From the NCBI GenBank assembly GCA_963791045.1, contig CAWBQK010000011.1, positions 320,001 to 384,000 on the forward strand: DNA of 64,000 nucleotides, read 5' to 3'. The notes beneath the pieces are model-generated. The model was not told the origin of the DNA, searched no databases, and saw nothing but the letters and a program-made list of their open reading frames with translations. Numbering within the stretch: position 1 is the first letter of the stretch; every line of letters begins with the position of its first letter. Positions 19,940 to 29,300 of this stretch are shown piece after piece. The translations under genes were made by a program, and so were the position numbers. The DNA is from Candidatus Latescibacterota bacterium. GTDB lineage: Bacteria > Krumholzibacteriota > Krumholzibacteriia > WVZY01.

Positions 19940-21694
19940 ATGGCGGATAAAAACAACGGCTCCAACCCCCGGAAAACTCCGGGTTCCGACACAACCTCAA
20001 CCGATGGTCGCGGTTGCTTTCGCATGATCGGAACTGGAGAGATCGGAGGAAAGGCGGGGGGGCTCGCGCGGCTCGAGGAGATACTTGCACGCGACCTGGA
20101 CAGGGGCGTTTGCGCGGATGTTGAAGTAGAGATTCCGTGGTTTTGGGTGGTAGCCACCGACTGGTTCGACATGTTCATGGAAAAGAACCGGCTATACGAC
20201 ATCGCCCTGTCGGATGCCAAGGATCAGCATATCGCCAGCGCGTTTCAACGGGCGGAATTGCCCGAGGAACTGGTTCAGGAGTTAAAGAACCTTATTGCCG
20301 AGGTTCACACTCCGCTGGCTGTCAGATCCTCGGGACTTCTCGAAGATGCCCTCAACGAACCGTTTGCCGGTGTTTACGGGACCAAGATGGTTCCCAATAA
20401 CCAGTTCAGCGTGGACGGGCGTCTCCGCACCCTCATCGAGGCGATCAAGTTTGTTTACGCCTCGACTTTCTCCCGGGATGCCAAAAGCTACCGCGAAGCG
20501 ATGGGCCGTTCGCACGATGACGAGAAGATGGCGGTCATGATCCAAGAAGTGGTAGGTTTGCGCCACGGTGACCGTTTCTATCCGAATCTTTCAGGCGTGG
20601 CACGCTCGCACAACTTCTATTCGTTTGGCGGTGCCCGGCCGGAGGAAGGCGTCGTCAGCCTGGGGCTGGGTTTGGGAAAGACTATCGTGGATGGGGGAAG
20701 GAGTTGGACTTACTGCCCAGCCTACCCAAAGGCGAAGCCGCCCTTTGGATCCACAAAAGAACTTCTCGAGCAAACCCAGACGCTATTCTGGTCCGTGAAC
20801 ATGGCTAAACCACCGACATTCGATCCGATCCAGGAAACGGAATACCTTTTCGAGGGAAACCTTGCCGATGCCGAGAAAGACGGGGTACTTCCGCCAATGG
20901 CATCGACATATGACCCGCAATCCGACCGAATCACGATCGGTACGGGATCGCCCGGACCCCGCGTACTGGACTTTGCTCCATTACTCGTACTCAACCAAAT
21001 CCCGTTGAACGATCTCGTCAAACACCTTTTGAAGATTTGTGAGAATGATCTGGGCAATCCCGTCGAGATCGAATTCGCCGTTGATTTCGAGCCAGGCTCG
21101 GCGAAGCGCGCGCGGTTTGGTTTTCTCCAGGTGCGTCCGATGTACGTCTCAGAAGATCAAGTGGTAATTGAAGAGGCTGAGCTTTGTGGGGAGAATGTTT
21201 TCGTCGCATCGGAGCAGGTTCTGGGTAATGGGCAACTGGATTCGATAAAGGACGTGGTTTATGTAAAACCAGATGCCTTCTCATCGAAAGATACATGGCT
21301 CATCGCGGGGGAGTTAGAAGAGATGAACCGACATCTCGTCAAAGCGGTACGCCCATATCTCCTTGTTGTATTCGGCCGCCTAGGCACCTCGGATCCGTGG
21401 CTGGGGATACCCGCGACGTGGGGCCAGGTGTCCGGTGCGAAGGCAATCGTTGAGTCATCGACGAGCACGATGAATGTGGACATGAGTCAAGGATCTCACT
21501 TTTTTCACAACGTCACGTGTCTCCGTATCTTCTATTTTTCGGCAGACAAGACCGGGCGACTTCCCGTCGATTGGGAATGGTTGGAGCGCCAGCAGGAGGT
21601 CCGTCAGTCACGGTTCGTCCGTCACGTGGAGTTGGATGATCCGCTCCACATCAAGGTTGACGGAAACAGTGGCCGGGGGGTGATCGGTCATTAA
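19940..21694 (+). CDS. PEP-synthase/PPDK-like ATP-grasp protein, stand-alone (copy B)
   Basis: GEIGGKAGGL, AVRSSGLLED, FAGVYGT, IQEVVG, GLGKTIVDG, EIEFA, LQVRP, GRLGTSDPWLG, SQGSHFFHN. Confidence 0.85.
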   Translation: MADKNNGSNPRKTPGSDTTSTDGRGCFRMIGTGEIGGKAGGLARLEEILARDLDRGVCADVEVEIPWFWVVATDWFDMFMEKNRLYDIALSDAKDQHIASAFQRAELPEELVQELKNLIAEVHTPLAVRSSGLLEDALNEPFAGVYGTKMVPNNQFSVDGRLRTLIEAIKFVYASTFSRDAKSYREAMGRSHDDEKMAVMIQEVVGLRHGDRFYPNLSGVARSHNFYSFGGARPEEGVVSLGLGLGKTIVDGGRSWTYCPAYPKAKPPFGSTKELLEQTQTLFWSVNMAKPPTFDPIQETEYLFEGNLADAEKDGVLPPMASTYDPQSDRITIGTGSPGPRVLDFAPLLVLNQIPLNDLVKHLLKICENDLGNPVEIEFAVDFEPGSAKRARFGFLQVRPMYVSEDQVVIEEAELCGENVFVASEQVLGNGQLDSIKDVVYVKPDAFSSKDTWLIAGELEEMNRHLVKAVRPYLLVVFGRLGTSDPWLGIPATWGQVSGAKAIVESSTSTMNVDMSQGSHFFHNVTCLRIFYFSADKTGRLPVDWEWLERQQEVRQSRFVRHVELDDPLHIKVDGNSGRGVIGH

Positions 21695-21710
21695 AAAAGA
21701 AACACAGTCG

Positions 21711-24700
21711 GTGATCAATCTTCTCGAATCCCTCACTGAGCGGGCCAAGGAGTTGACCTGTCTCTATGCCATTGAAGAGGCGTTGAAAGAACCGGATGCG
21801 GATATCGATCGGGTTTGTGAACGTATCATCGAAGCGATTCCGCCGGGATGGCAATACCCGGACATCTGTGTCGCCGAGATCATTTTGGAGGGCATACAGT
21901 GCTGCCGTTCTCCTAATTTTGAAGAAACTCCCTGGCATTTGAAAACAGACATCGTTCAACAGGATCATGTGGTTGGGTCCATCGGAGTATATTACACCAA
22001 AGAGATGCCGCCGGTCGATATCGGTCCCTTTCTTAACGACGAGCAAAAGCTTATCGAGTCTATCGCAGACCGACTGAATCATTTTGTAATTTACAAGAAA
22101 ATGCAGCACGTTCTGCAGGAATGGCGGAACGGAAAAGGGGCGTTGTCGGAGACGGGCCGCGCGGATTGGGAGGCGGTGTTAGACCTTGTTCGCCAGACAG
22201 ACCATGCGCTTTTTCTTCGAATCGCCAACAAAATGCTCAATCATCTGTGTTGGAGCGGTATCGAAGAGGCAGAGACTCTGCGGCCGATGGCCGACACCCA
22301 GAAAATCGCTGCCGGCAATCTGCAGGATGGTGACGTTGAGGGGCCGCGGTTGAGCCGGTTATTGGATTTCTCTGCCGAGTTTACCGAGAGGCTTTTCCGG
22401 ATCGCAGCAAATAATTTGAGCGGGGAAGAAATTCTTTCCCGTATTCAAATGTGGATACAGGAAGACAAGATTGGTGCATTGCACCGGACCGTGCGCCGCC
22501 GTCTCCCTCTCTCCGAGGTTTCCAGCAGGTTGCGGCACTACTTTTTTACGACCCGGGACGAATCGTACGATCGTTATCCCGTCGCCAGAGGTTTAAAGGT
22601 TCTCCTTATCGAGTCGGTTCTGTCAGACCGGCTGGAATATATTGATGCGGCGAAGGATCATGTCGATATCGATGACCTCTACCATCTTCTCCAGAAGGTA
22701 ATATTCTCCGCGGATAGCCACGGAAAGCTCGGGGGAAAGAGTGCCGGGCTCATTTTGGCGTCACAGATTTTGAAGAAAACAAACGGTGGAGGAAATCCGG
22801 CGTTCCGCTTTCCCAAGACGTGGTATATCTCTTCGGACATGATGCTCGAGTCTATTCACTACAACAACATGGATGAGGTTATCGAGCAGAAATACAAAGA
22901 CATCGAAAGAGTCCGGCTCGAATATCCACACGTGATCGAAATGTTCCAGAAAACAGTTCTGCCCCCCGAAATGGTCAATGGTTTGTCCGCGGCTCTCGAC
23001 GATCTCGGAGAAAACCCCATCGTTGTACGCAGTTCATCGCTTCTTGAGGACCGTACGGGAGCGCCATTTGTTGGGTTGTACAAAAGCGTGTTTCTGGGAA
23101 ACCAGGGGCCGCGGGAGGAACGTCTCCGCCGTTTGATATCAGCGGTGACCGAGGTTTACGCGTCGAATTTTGGCCCGGATCCGATCGAGTTTCGAGCGGC
23201 CCGCGATCTGTTGGAATTGAGCGAGCAGATGGGCATCATGATCCAGCAAGTTGTAGGGGAGCGAGTCGGGCCGTATTTTTTGCCCGTGTATTCGGGGGTG
23301 GCAAGCAGCCGGATGGGGTTTCGATGGCTTCCCGATGTTGCGGAAGACAGCGGTATTGTACGCATCATGCCTGGACTTGGGACTGGAGCCTTGCGTCGAA
23401 ATCGCGAGGAACACCCCGTACTCGTTATTCCCGGGCACCCGTCGGCCGCGGTCTACGGATCTTCGGAAGAACGTATTTGTGAGGCGCCATCAAAAATCGA
23501 TGTGATCAATCTCGAGACCAACAGTATCGAAACGATCAAGATCAGCGAATTGATGACGCAATATGGAAGTGAGTTTCCGCTCGTGGAACAGATCATGTCC
23601 GAGTACAAGGACGGCGAGCTATTGCCTGTATCACCGGCTGAAAATCCGTTTAGCCTCGAAAACCAGAGACTGGTGGTCACATTCGATGGACTGCTCACAC
23701 GCAGCCCGTTTGTAGCCCAGATCCGAACTCTTCTTCGAACACTCGAGGAAGAACTCGGATCGCCCGTTGAGGTCGAGTTCGCATCGGATGGCAAGCACCT
23801 GCACATTCTACAATGCCGCACCCAAACCCCGGCGGGGATGCCCCGGCCGGCTCCTATACCCAAGGAACTGACCAGAAACCAGCTCGTCTTCTCGACGAGA
23901 CGATTTGTGTCGAACGGGCGGGCATCTAATATCACACACACCGTCTATGTGGATCCGGAGTCTTACGCCAGTATCGAAGACCCGGCGGACCGCGGCGCCA
24001 TAACACGAATTGTTTCGAGACTAAACGAATTGCTTCCCAAGAGACAGTTTGCGCTCATCTGGCCCGATCGGTTTGCCACCCATCGAGATGAGGGCGGAGC
24101 CAGTATATGTCATCGTGATTTCGATAACGCCGCCGCCCTGATTGAATTGTCCGAGCCCGAAGAAGAGAACAGCGGAAAAGCGCCCGTCGGTTTGCATGTC
24201 CTCCACGATCTCGCGGAGTCCGGAGTTCTTTATCTTCCGTTGACACCGGGTGACGAAGGGACAACGTTCAACGAACGCTTCCTCAGGCGTTCCCGCAATG
24301 TCTTCCCAGAGCTTTTTCCCGAGTATGCTCACCTTGCCGATGTGGTTCATGTGGTCGATGTTCCGAAGGTGACGGACGGAAAAGTCTTGCAGGTGTTGAT
24401 GAACGCTGAACTTGGCGAAGCCGTTGGATTGCTTTCGGATCCTGGAGAAAAGATGGGATACCCCGAGGAAAGGGAGCCCGTCGAAGATGGACGCCCCGAA
24501 GATTACTGGCGTTGGCGTCACCGCATGGCCGAACAGATTGCCGGGCAGTTGGATCCGGTACGCTTCGGGGTCGAACGTATTTATCTTTTTGGCAGCACGA
24601 AGAACGGTACCGCAGGCCCGGGAAGCGATATCGACATTCTGGTTCACTTTAAGGGTACGAAATCCCAGAGAGAATTGCTCGTCCAGTGGTTGGAGGGTTG

Positions 24701-24884
24701 GAGTCTTTGCCTCGATGAAATCAACTACCTTCGGACGGGATACCGAGCAGGCGGCTTGCTCGACTTTCACATCATCACCGATAAAGATATCGCAAAGAAG
24801 ACAAGCTATGCCGTCAAAATCAACGCCGTCACTGATGCGGCGCGTCCGTTGAATATGAAAGAAACCAGCGATGATGCACGGTAG
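21711..24884 (+). CDS. GAF-like / PPDK-like ATP-grasp / nucleotidyltransferase fusion protein (copy C, paralog of 8..3202)
   Basis: ERAKELTCLY...GPFLNDE; GKLGGKSAG, VRSSSLLED, PGLG, EVEFA..LQCR; FGSTKNGTAGPGSDIDI; collinear with copy A over its full length. Confidence 0.85.
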   Translation: MINLLESLTERAKELTCLYAIEEALKEPDADIDRVCERIIEAIPPGWQYPDICVAEIILEGIQCCRSPNFEETPWHLKTDIVQQDHVVGSIGVYYTKEMPPVDIGPFLNDEQKLIESIADRLNHFVIYKKMQHVLQEWRNGKGALSETGRADWEAVLDLVRQTDHALFLRIANKMLNHLCWSGIEEAETLRPMADTQKIAAGNLQDGDVEGPRLSRLLDFSAEFTERLFRIAANNLSGEEILSRIQMWIQEDKIGALHRTVRRRLPLSEVSSRLRHYFFTTRDESYDRYPVARGLKVLLIESVLSDRLEYIDAAKDHVDIDDLYHLLQKVIFSADSHGKLGGKSAGLILASQILKKTNGGGNPAFRFPKTWYISSDMMLESIHYNNMDEVIEQKYKDIERVRLEYPHVIEMFQKTVLPPEMVNGLSAALDDLGENPIVVRSSSLLEDRTGAPFVGLYKSVFLGNQGPREERLRRLISAVTEVYASNFGPDPIEFRAARDLLELSEQMGIMIQQVVGERVGPYFLPVYSGVASSRMGFRWLPDVAEDSGIVRIMPGLGTGALRRNREEHPVLVIPGHPSAAVYGSSEERICEAPSKIDVINLETNSIETIKISELMTQYGSEFPLVEQIMSEYKDGELLPVSPAENPFSLENQRLVVTFDGLLTRSPFVAQIRTLLRTLEEELGSPVEVEFASDGKHLHILQCRTQTPAGMPRPAPIPKELTRNQLVFSTRRFVSNGRASNITHTVYVDPESYASIEDPADRGAITRIVSRLNELLPKRQFALIWPDRFATHRDEGGASICHRDFDNAAALIELSEPEEENSGKAPVGLHVLHDLAESGVLYLPLTPGDEGTTFNERFLRRSRNVFPELFPEYAHLADVVHVVDVPKVTDGKVLQVLMNAELGEAVGLLSDPGEKMGYPEEREPVEDGRPEDYWRWRHRMAEQIAGQLDPVRFGVERIYLFGSTKNGTAGPGSDIDILVHFKGTKSQRELLVQWLEGWSLCLDEINYLRTGYRAGGLLDFHIITDKDIAKKTSYAVKINAVTDAARPLNMKETSDDAR

Positions 24885-24926
24885 TTATTTTAACAACAAG
24901 CACGAACCACAGAGGGGAGCCAATAA

Positions 24927-26291
24927 ATGGCCTCGTATGTTCAAAAGCTGATGGCCGAGGTTCGATCGAAAAACCCCGCCGAACTCGAATTTCACGAGGT
25001 CGTCCAGGATCTTGCCGAGTCTCTGATCCCTGTCCTGGAGCGCAACCCCCACTACGCCGAAGCCAGGATTCTCGAACGGATAATTGAACCTGAACGGACA
25101 CTGGGGTTTCGCGTTTCCTGGGTGGACGACGCGGGCCGCATCCAGATCAACCGCGGTTACCGTGTTGAAATGAACGGTTCGATTGGGCCCTACAAAGGTG
25201 GCCTTCGATTTCATCCCTCGGTCAACCAGAGCATCTTCAAGTCCCTCGCTTTGGAGCAAGTGTTCAAGAACAGTCTCACCACGTTACCGTTGGGTGCAGG
25301 AAAGGGTGGGTCTGATTTCGATCCTAAAGGAAAGAGCGATCATGAGGTCATGCGTTTTTGCCAGGCCTTCATGAACGAGCTGTATCGTCACATCGGCCCG
25401 AACACCGATATTCCGGATGGTGACATTGGTGTTGGCGGCCGTGAAATCGGGTACCTGTTCGGCCAATACCGCAAGCTCAAGAACGAGTTTACGGGTGTGT
25501 TGACCGGAAAAGGGCTCGGTTGGGGAGGCTCGGTGATGCGGCCGGAAGCGCCGGGTTACGGTGTCGCCTATCTCGCCGAAGAGATGCTTGCCACAAAAGG
25601 CGAAGCCCTCGAAGGCAAGACGTGCCTGGTTTCAGGGAGCGGGAAAGTAGCACAGTTTGTCATGGAAAAGCTAATCGATCTTGGCGCGAAGGTTGTTACG
25701 TTCTCGGATTCAAGCGGTTGTGTATACGATTCGGATGGTGTCGACCGCGAGAAACTGGAATGGCTCAAGGAACTCAAGAACGTACGCAGGGGCCGCACGA
25801 TGGATTATGCAAAGGAATATCCGAGCGCCGAGTACCTGTCGGCGGATGCGGGTGATCTCGACGAAAATGCTATTTGGACCCGAAAAGGGGATTGTGCCTT
25901 TCCCTGTGCCACACAGAACGAGATTAGTCGTAAAGATGCCGAGAATCTTCTTCAAAACGGAATCCAACTGGTTTGCGAAGGGGCTAGCATGCCCACGACG
26001 CCTGAAGGGATAAAGCTTTTTATCGATCGGCGCGTTCTTTACGCCCCGGGAAAAGCGGCGAACGCGGGTGGTGTGGCGGTATCGGGTCTGGAAATGGCGC
26101 AGAACAGTGCTCGCTACCCCTGGACTCGTGACGAGGTGGATACGCGGCTCCGATTGATCATGAAAGGAATCCACGATGCCTGTTTGACGGCTGCCGTGGA
26201 GTATGGCACGCCGGGCAATTATGTGAACGGCGCAAACATCGCCGGGTTTATCAAGGTGGCTGATGCCATGCTCGACCAGGGAGTGGTCTGA
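24927..26291 (+). CDS. gdhA: Glutamate dehydrogenase, NADP-specific GdhA family (divergent motifs)
   Basis: GPYKGGLRFHPSVN, FKNSLT, GKGGSDFDPK, GDIGVGGREIG, PCATQNE, PGKAANAGGVAVS, GANIAGF. Confidence 0.9.
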   Translation: MASYVQKLMAEVRSKNPAELEFHEVVQDLAESLIPVLERNPHYAEARILERIIEPERTLGFRVSWVDDAGRIQINRGYRVEMNGSIGPYKGGLRFHPSVNQSIFKSLALEQVFKNSLTTLPLGAGKGGSDFDPKGKSDHEVMRFCQAFMNELYRHIGPNTDIPDGDIGVGGREIGYLFGQYRKLKNEFTGVLTGKGLGWGGSVMRPEAPGYGVAYLAEEMLATKGEALEGKTCLVSGSGKVAQFVMEKLIDLGAKVVTFSDSSGCVYDSDGVDREKLEWLKELKNVRRGRTMDYAKEYPSAEYLSADAGDLDENAIWTRKGDCAFPCATQNEISRKDAENLLQNGIQLVCEGASMPTTPEGIKLFIDRRVLYAPGKAANAGGVAVSGLEMAQNSARYPWTRDEVDTRLRLIMKGIHDACLTAAVEYGTPGNYVNGANIAGFIKVADAMLDQGVV

Positions 26292-26305
26292 TTAGAAAAA
26301 GGATG

Positions 26306-27436
26306 TCATGAATTTGGAAATGACATCGCGGAGGCGATGGCATGACCACCTGGATGCGTGACGACGACGCGGTTTTCGGTATCAAGGCAAGCGAGACCAA
26401 TGAAAGCCAGAAAGACGATGGCTTCTTTTCCTGGGGAATAAGCAGCAGACGTAATTCGCCCCAATTTCCTGCCGTGCGCTACGGATCCATGCTGCGCGTC
26501 TGAAAAACGGAAAATAGGTGTATCCGGCAACGCACGGCTGTTGTATTGCTGCAATTCGACGACAGAATCGAACGCATCCGCGTCGATGGACCATCCCGAT
26601 AGCACACGGTTGACACGTCCCTGATGATGAAGTCTCCCCAGCGTCTCCTGTCCGCGAAAACATCCCTTCGTATAGCTCACTGCATGGTCGAGCCTGACTT
26701 CTTGTGGAAAGTTATCGCCCGTGAAATCGATTCCGTACCACGGCAGTCCGTTTTCGACGCGCAGCGTTTCCCATGCGTCGTACCCTACGGGTAGCCCACC
26801 CGAAGCATAGGCCGCCTGAGCGAGGTAGGCGCGGATGCGGGCGACGTGATCGGCGGGAACTATGAGATGATAGCCCGGCACTCCCGTCGCCGTGGCATTC
26901 ATCACGGTGACGGAGAAATCATCGAACTCCCGGTTGACCCATTCCACCTGTCCTTTTGGGAGCGGGCCCATTCGGAGAACCCGGGGAAGGACGGCGCCGG
27001 CTTTCGGCCCCTCGATGGCGATGATCCCGTACGCGTCCGACACATCTGTGATCGCTACGTCCTCGGAGATGATGTGTTTTTCGAGAACAGACACAGTTTC
27101 CACGAAATCACCCTGCGCGACGACCACCATGTGCCGCTCTTTCCCCGCCAGGACGAACAACTCCGAGATGATCTTGCCTTTCGGCGAAGTCATCAGCGCG
27201 TGACAACCCATGCCGTCTTTGAGCGAGGCGACGTCGTTGGTGAGCATCGCATTCAAAAAACTCGCCCGATCCTCGCCGGTAACTTCGAGTACATGCCGGT
27301 GGGTGAGATCGATGATGCCCGCCGCCTCGATAAGAGCATGGTACTCATCATTGCGGTCGGTGAATTCCCGCGGATACTCGACGCCAAACGCGTCGACCAT
27401 CTTGATCCCGGCCTTCTTGTAATAATCAGCAAGCAT
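26306..27436 (-). CDS. ygfZ: YgfZ/GcvT-family folate-binding protein
   Basis: GEDRASFL..LTND, LRVENG, KGCFRGQE (YgfZ signature KGC[YF]xGQE). Confidence 0.85.
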   Translation of the reverse strand: MLADYYKKAGIKMVDAFGVEYPREFTDRNDEYHALIEAAGIIDLTHRHVLEVTGEDRASFLNAMLTNDVASLKDGMGCHALMTSPKGKIISELFVLAGKERHMVVVAQGDFVETVSVLEKHIISEDVAITDVSDAYGIIAIEGPKAGAVLPRVLRMGPLPKGQVEWVNREFDDFSVTVMNATATGVPGYHLIVPADHVARIRAYLAQAAYASGGLPVGYDAWETLRVENGLPWYGIDFTGDNFPQEVRLDHAVSYTKGCFRGQETLGRLHHQGRVNRVLSGWSIDADAFDSVVELQQYNSRALPDTPIFRFSDAQHGSVAHGRKLGRITSAAYSPGKEAIVFLAFIGLACLDTENRVVVTHPGGHAIASAMSFPNS

Positions 27437-27492
27437 GGGGCTCCATTTCCGGCGCCGCAGATTGGTATTTCGGTCAACGGCGGCGGGGTCGA

Positions 27493-28431
27493 TCAGGATG
27501 GATCTTGTTTGTAGCTTTCTCGCGAATAACTCGCCGGGACGAGGAAGGGCATCGCATCGTGGATCACTTCGGCCAGAAACGGCGTTGTTCCCAGCGGATC
27601 ACCGTCGATCTCGACGGGGAACGGCGGGTCGGAGGTAACGCGAATCCTGCTTGCCTTTACGTGTTTCAAATCGGGGAAGCCGTGGAAGCGTCTGGTGAGA
27701 ATCCGCAGGACCATCTGCAGAGTTCCCCACCATGATCGAGTCGACATAATTGAGATATTGAGTTTTCCGTCGTGCGGGTCGATGTCCGGGGCGAAGGAAA
27801 ACCCGAGACTCTGAATGCTCCCGATGTTTATCACCATTACCGTGTGCGCCCGCAGGTGTTTGACCTCATCGTCGATCTCGAGTTCCATCTGGACGGGGCG
27901 AACCGAGGGGGCGTTTCGTATTCCGAACATCACATAGCCGATGAATCCGAGTTTCTTCTTCAACTCGGCTGGGGTGTCGTGGATCAACCTGCCGTCGTAG
28001 CCGGTTCCCATGATGAATACAAAGTAACGATCGTGCTCGGGGAGGTATCCAATGTCGAACCTCTCGGATTTACCCGACTCGATCAAGCCGAGCGAATCGC
28101 GAATGCTCATGGGAATCGAGAGGGCGCGCGCGGCAAAATTTGTGGTTCCCGTCGGAATCTGCGCGAGCGTGACACGACCGCCGCTGCGCATGATTCCATC
28201 GGCCGCCTCGCTCACCGTTCCGTCGCCTCCCGCCGCAGCAACGAGATCGAAGCCTTCGGCCACCGCGGACCGTGCCCAACGGCTCGCGTCGCCCCGCTCC
28301 TTGCTTTCTCGGAGAACGAAGTTGTGCCCCTTCTCCATCATGAAGGACTCGATCACGGAGCGGATTCTGGCCGTGTTGCGCTGTCCCGCGGTGGGGTTGA
28401 GTATAACGAGTATTTTGTTGAAAGCAGTCAT
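27493..28431 (-). CDS. Diacylglycerol/lipid kinase family protein (YegS/DAGK)
   Basis: LNPTAG, GGDGTVSE, PTGTTN.A, DGK, EIDGD. Confidence 0.9.
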   Translation of the reverse strand: MTAFNKILVILNPTAGQRNTARIRSVIESFMMEKGHNFVLRESKERGDASRWARSAVAEGFDLVAAAGGDGTVSEAADGIMRSGGRVTLAQIPTGTTNFAARALSIPMSIRDSLGLIESGKSERFDIGYLPEHDRYFVFIMGTGYDGRLIHDTPAELKKKLGFIGYVMFGIRNAPSVRPVQMELEIDDEVKHLRAHTVMVINIGSIQSLGFSFAPDIDPHDGKLNISIMSTRSWWGTLQMVLRILTRRFHGFPDLKHVKASRIRVTSDPPFPVEIDGDPLGTTPFLAEVIHDAMPFLVPASYSRESYKQDPS

Positions 28432-28596
28432 ATCCACACTGCTTAAAAACTACCCGCCTGCGAATCAAATTGCAAGCGGGTAGTCAGTGCCACAGCTGCA
28501 CTTCGGACTATGTGGGAGGCGATGGGCGGGAACGGCCCCGTTGTCTGGACCGTCCCGTTCTGGTATTTCAGGGCTGTTCTCCGCCCAGTCGCATAA

Positions 28597-28974
28597 CTAC
28601 TTCTTCTCGATTTCTTTCTTTTCGAGAGTCGACGACACGAGGAGTCCGATTCCGATCGCGAGTGGGATGAGTCCCCAGACGCCGCCCTCGGCGCCCGCGG
28701 GCACCCAGATGGCGATGGTCAGCGCGATGCCGAGGAATGTCATTACCAAACCGGCGGACCGGTTCTGGAGATGCGCCGGACGCTTGGGTTCGAGTGGAAG
28801 CTCGGGCAGCCTGACGCCTTTTTCCATCGCGGTGAGGCGTTCTCTGTGTTCGAGTTCCTTTTTGCGTCCCGACATTATGATGGCGACGATGGCGACGGCG
28901 ATTCCCCCAATGATAGTTACGATCGGGATCATTATCGCGAGTGTCTCTGGTCTGAGTAGTCCAAACATCGGCAT
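28597..28974 (-). CDS. Small membrane protein, DUF6249-like
   Basis: 3 TM segments, HRERLTAMEKG motif, GLIPL.IGIG; GGAAAGGAG RBS; divergent from the ECF sigma. Confidence 0.7.
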   Translation of the reverse strand: MPMFGLLRPETLAIMIPIVTIIGGIAVAIVAIIMSGRKKELEHRERLTAMEKGVRLPELPLEPKRPAHLQNRSAGLVMTFLGIALTIAIWVPAGAEGGVWGLIPLAIGIGLLVSSTLEKKEIEKK

Positions 28975-29064
28975 GGTAACTCCTTTCCCTGTAATCCATT
29001 CAATTAATGCGAAGAGTAAATCCATATACGGAATCCTTTTGTTTTTGTGAGCTCGTTCGAACAG

Positions 29065-29095
29065 TAAGACAGCCACCCGTGTCGGTTTGTTTCAA
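29065..29095 (-). promoter_or_regulatory. ECF-type promoter of the DUF6249-like gene
   Basis: TTGAAACAAA-N15-GTCTTA on the minus strand; same boxes and spacing as 29265-29295. Confidence 0.7.
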
Positions 29096-29119
29096 CTTTC
29101 TTTCTTCGGTGCGGGTGTC

Positions 29120-29232
29120 CGGTGGGGTCTTCCTCGGGCCCTCGCTCCGCTTCGCTCGACTTGACTGTCGGCTTCGCCGACAGTGGATTCTCGCTCGCTC
29201 CCGCGAAAGGGCCTTTCGAAAGACCCACCGCC
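29120..29232. repeat. Structured intergenic repeat (REP/MITE-like), copy 1
   Basis: Shares GGTGGGGTCTT..GGCCCTCGCTCCGCTTCG...CTCGCTCCCGCGAAAGGGCCTTTCGAAAGACC..CACCGCC with 52127-52241; terminal inverted repeats. Confidence 0.8.
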
Positions 29233-29264
29233 CTCTTCGTCTGAAGGGATATCGAGGAAATTAG

Positions 29265-29295
29265 TTGAAACAAAACGGGTCTCGGGCCACTCTTA
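29265..29295 (+). promoter_or_regulatory. ECF-type autoregulatory promoter of the sigma gene (probably leaderless mRNA)
   Basis: TTGAAACAAA-N15-CTCTTA ending 5 nt before ATG 29301; no SD. Confidence 0.7.
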
Positions 29296-29300
29296 TATTT

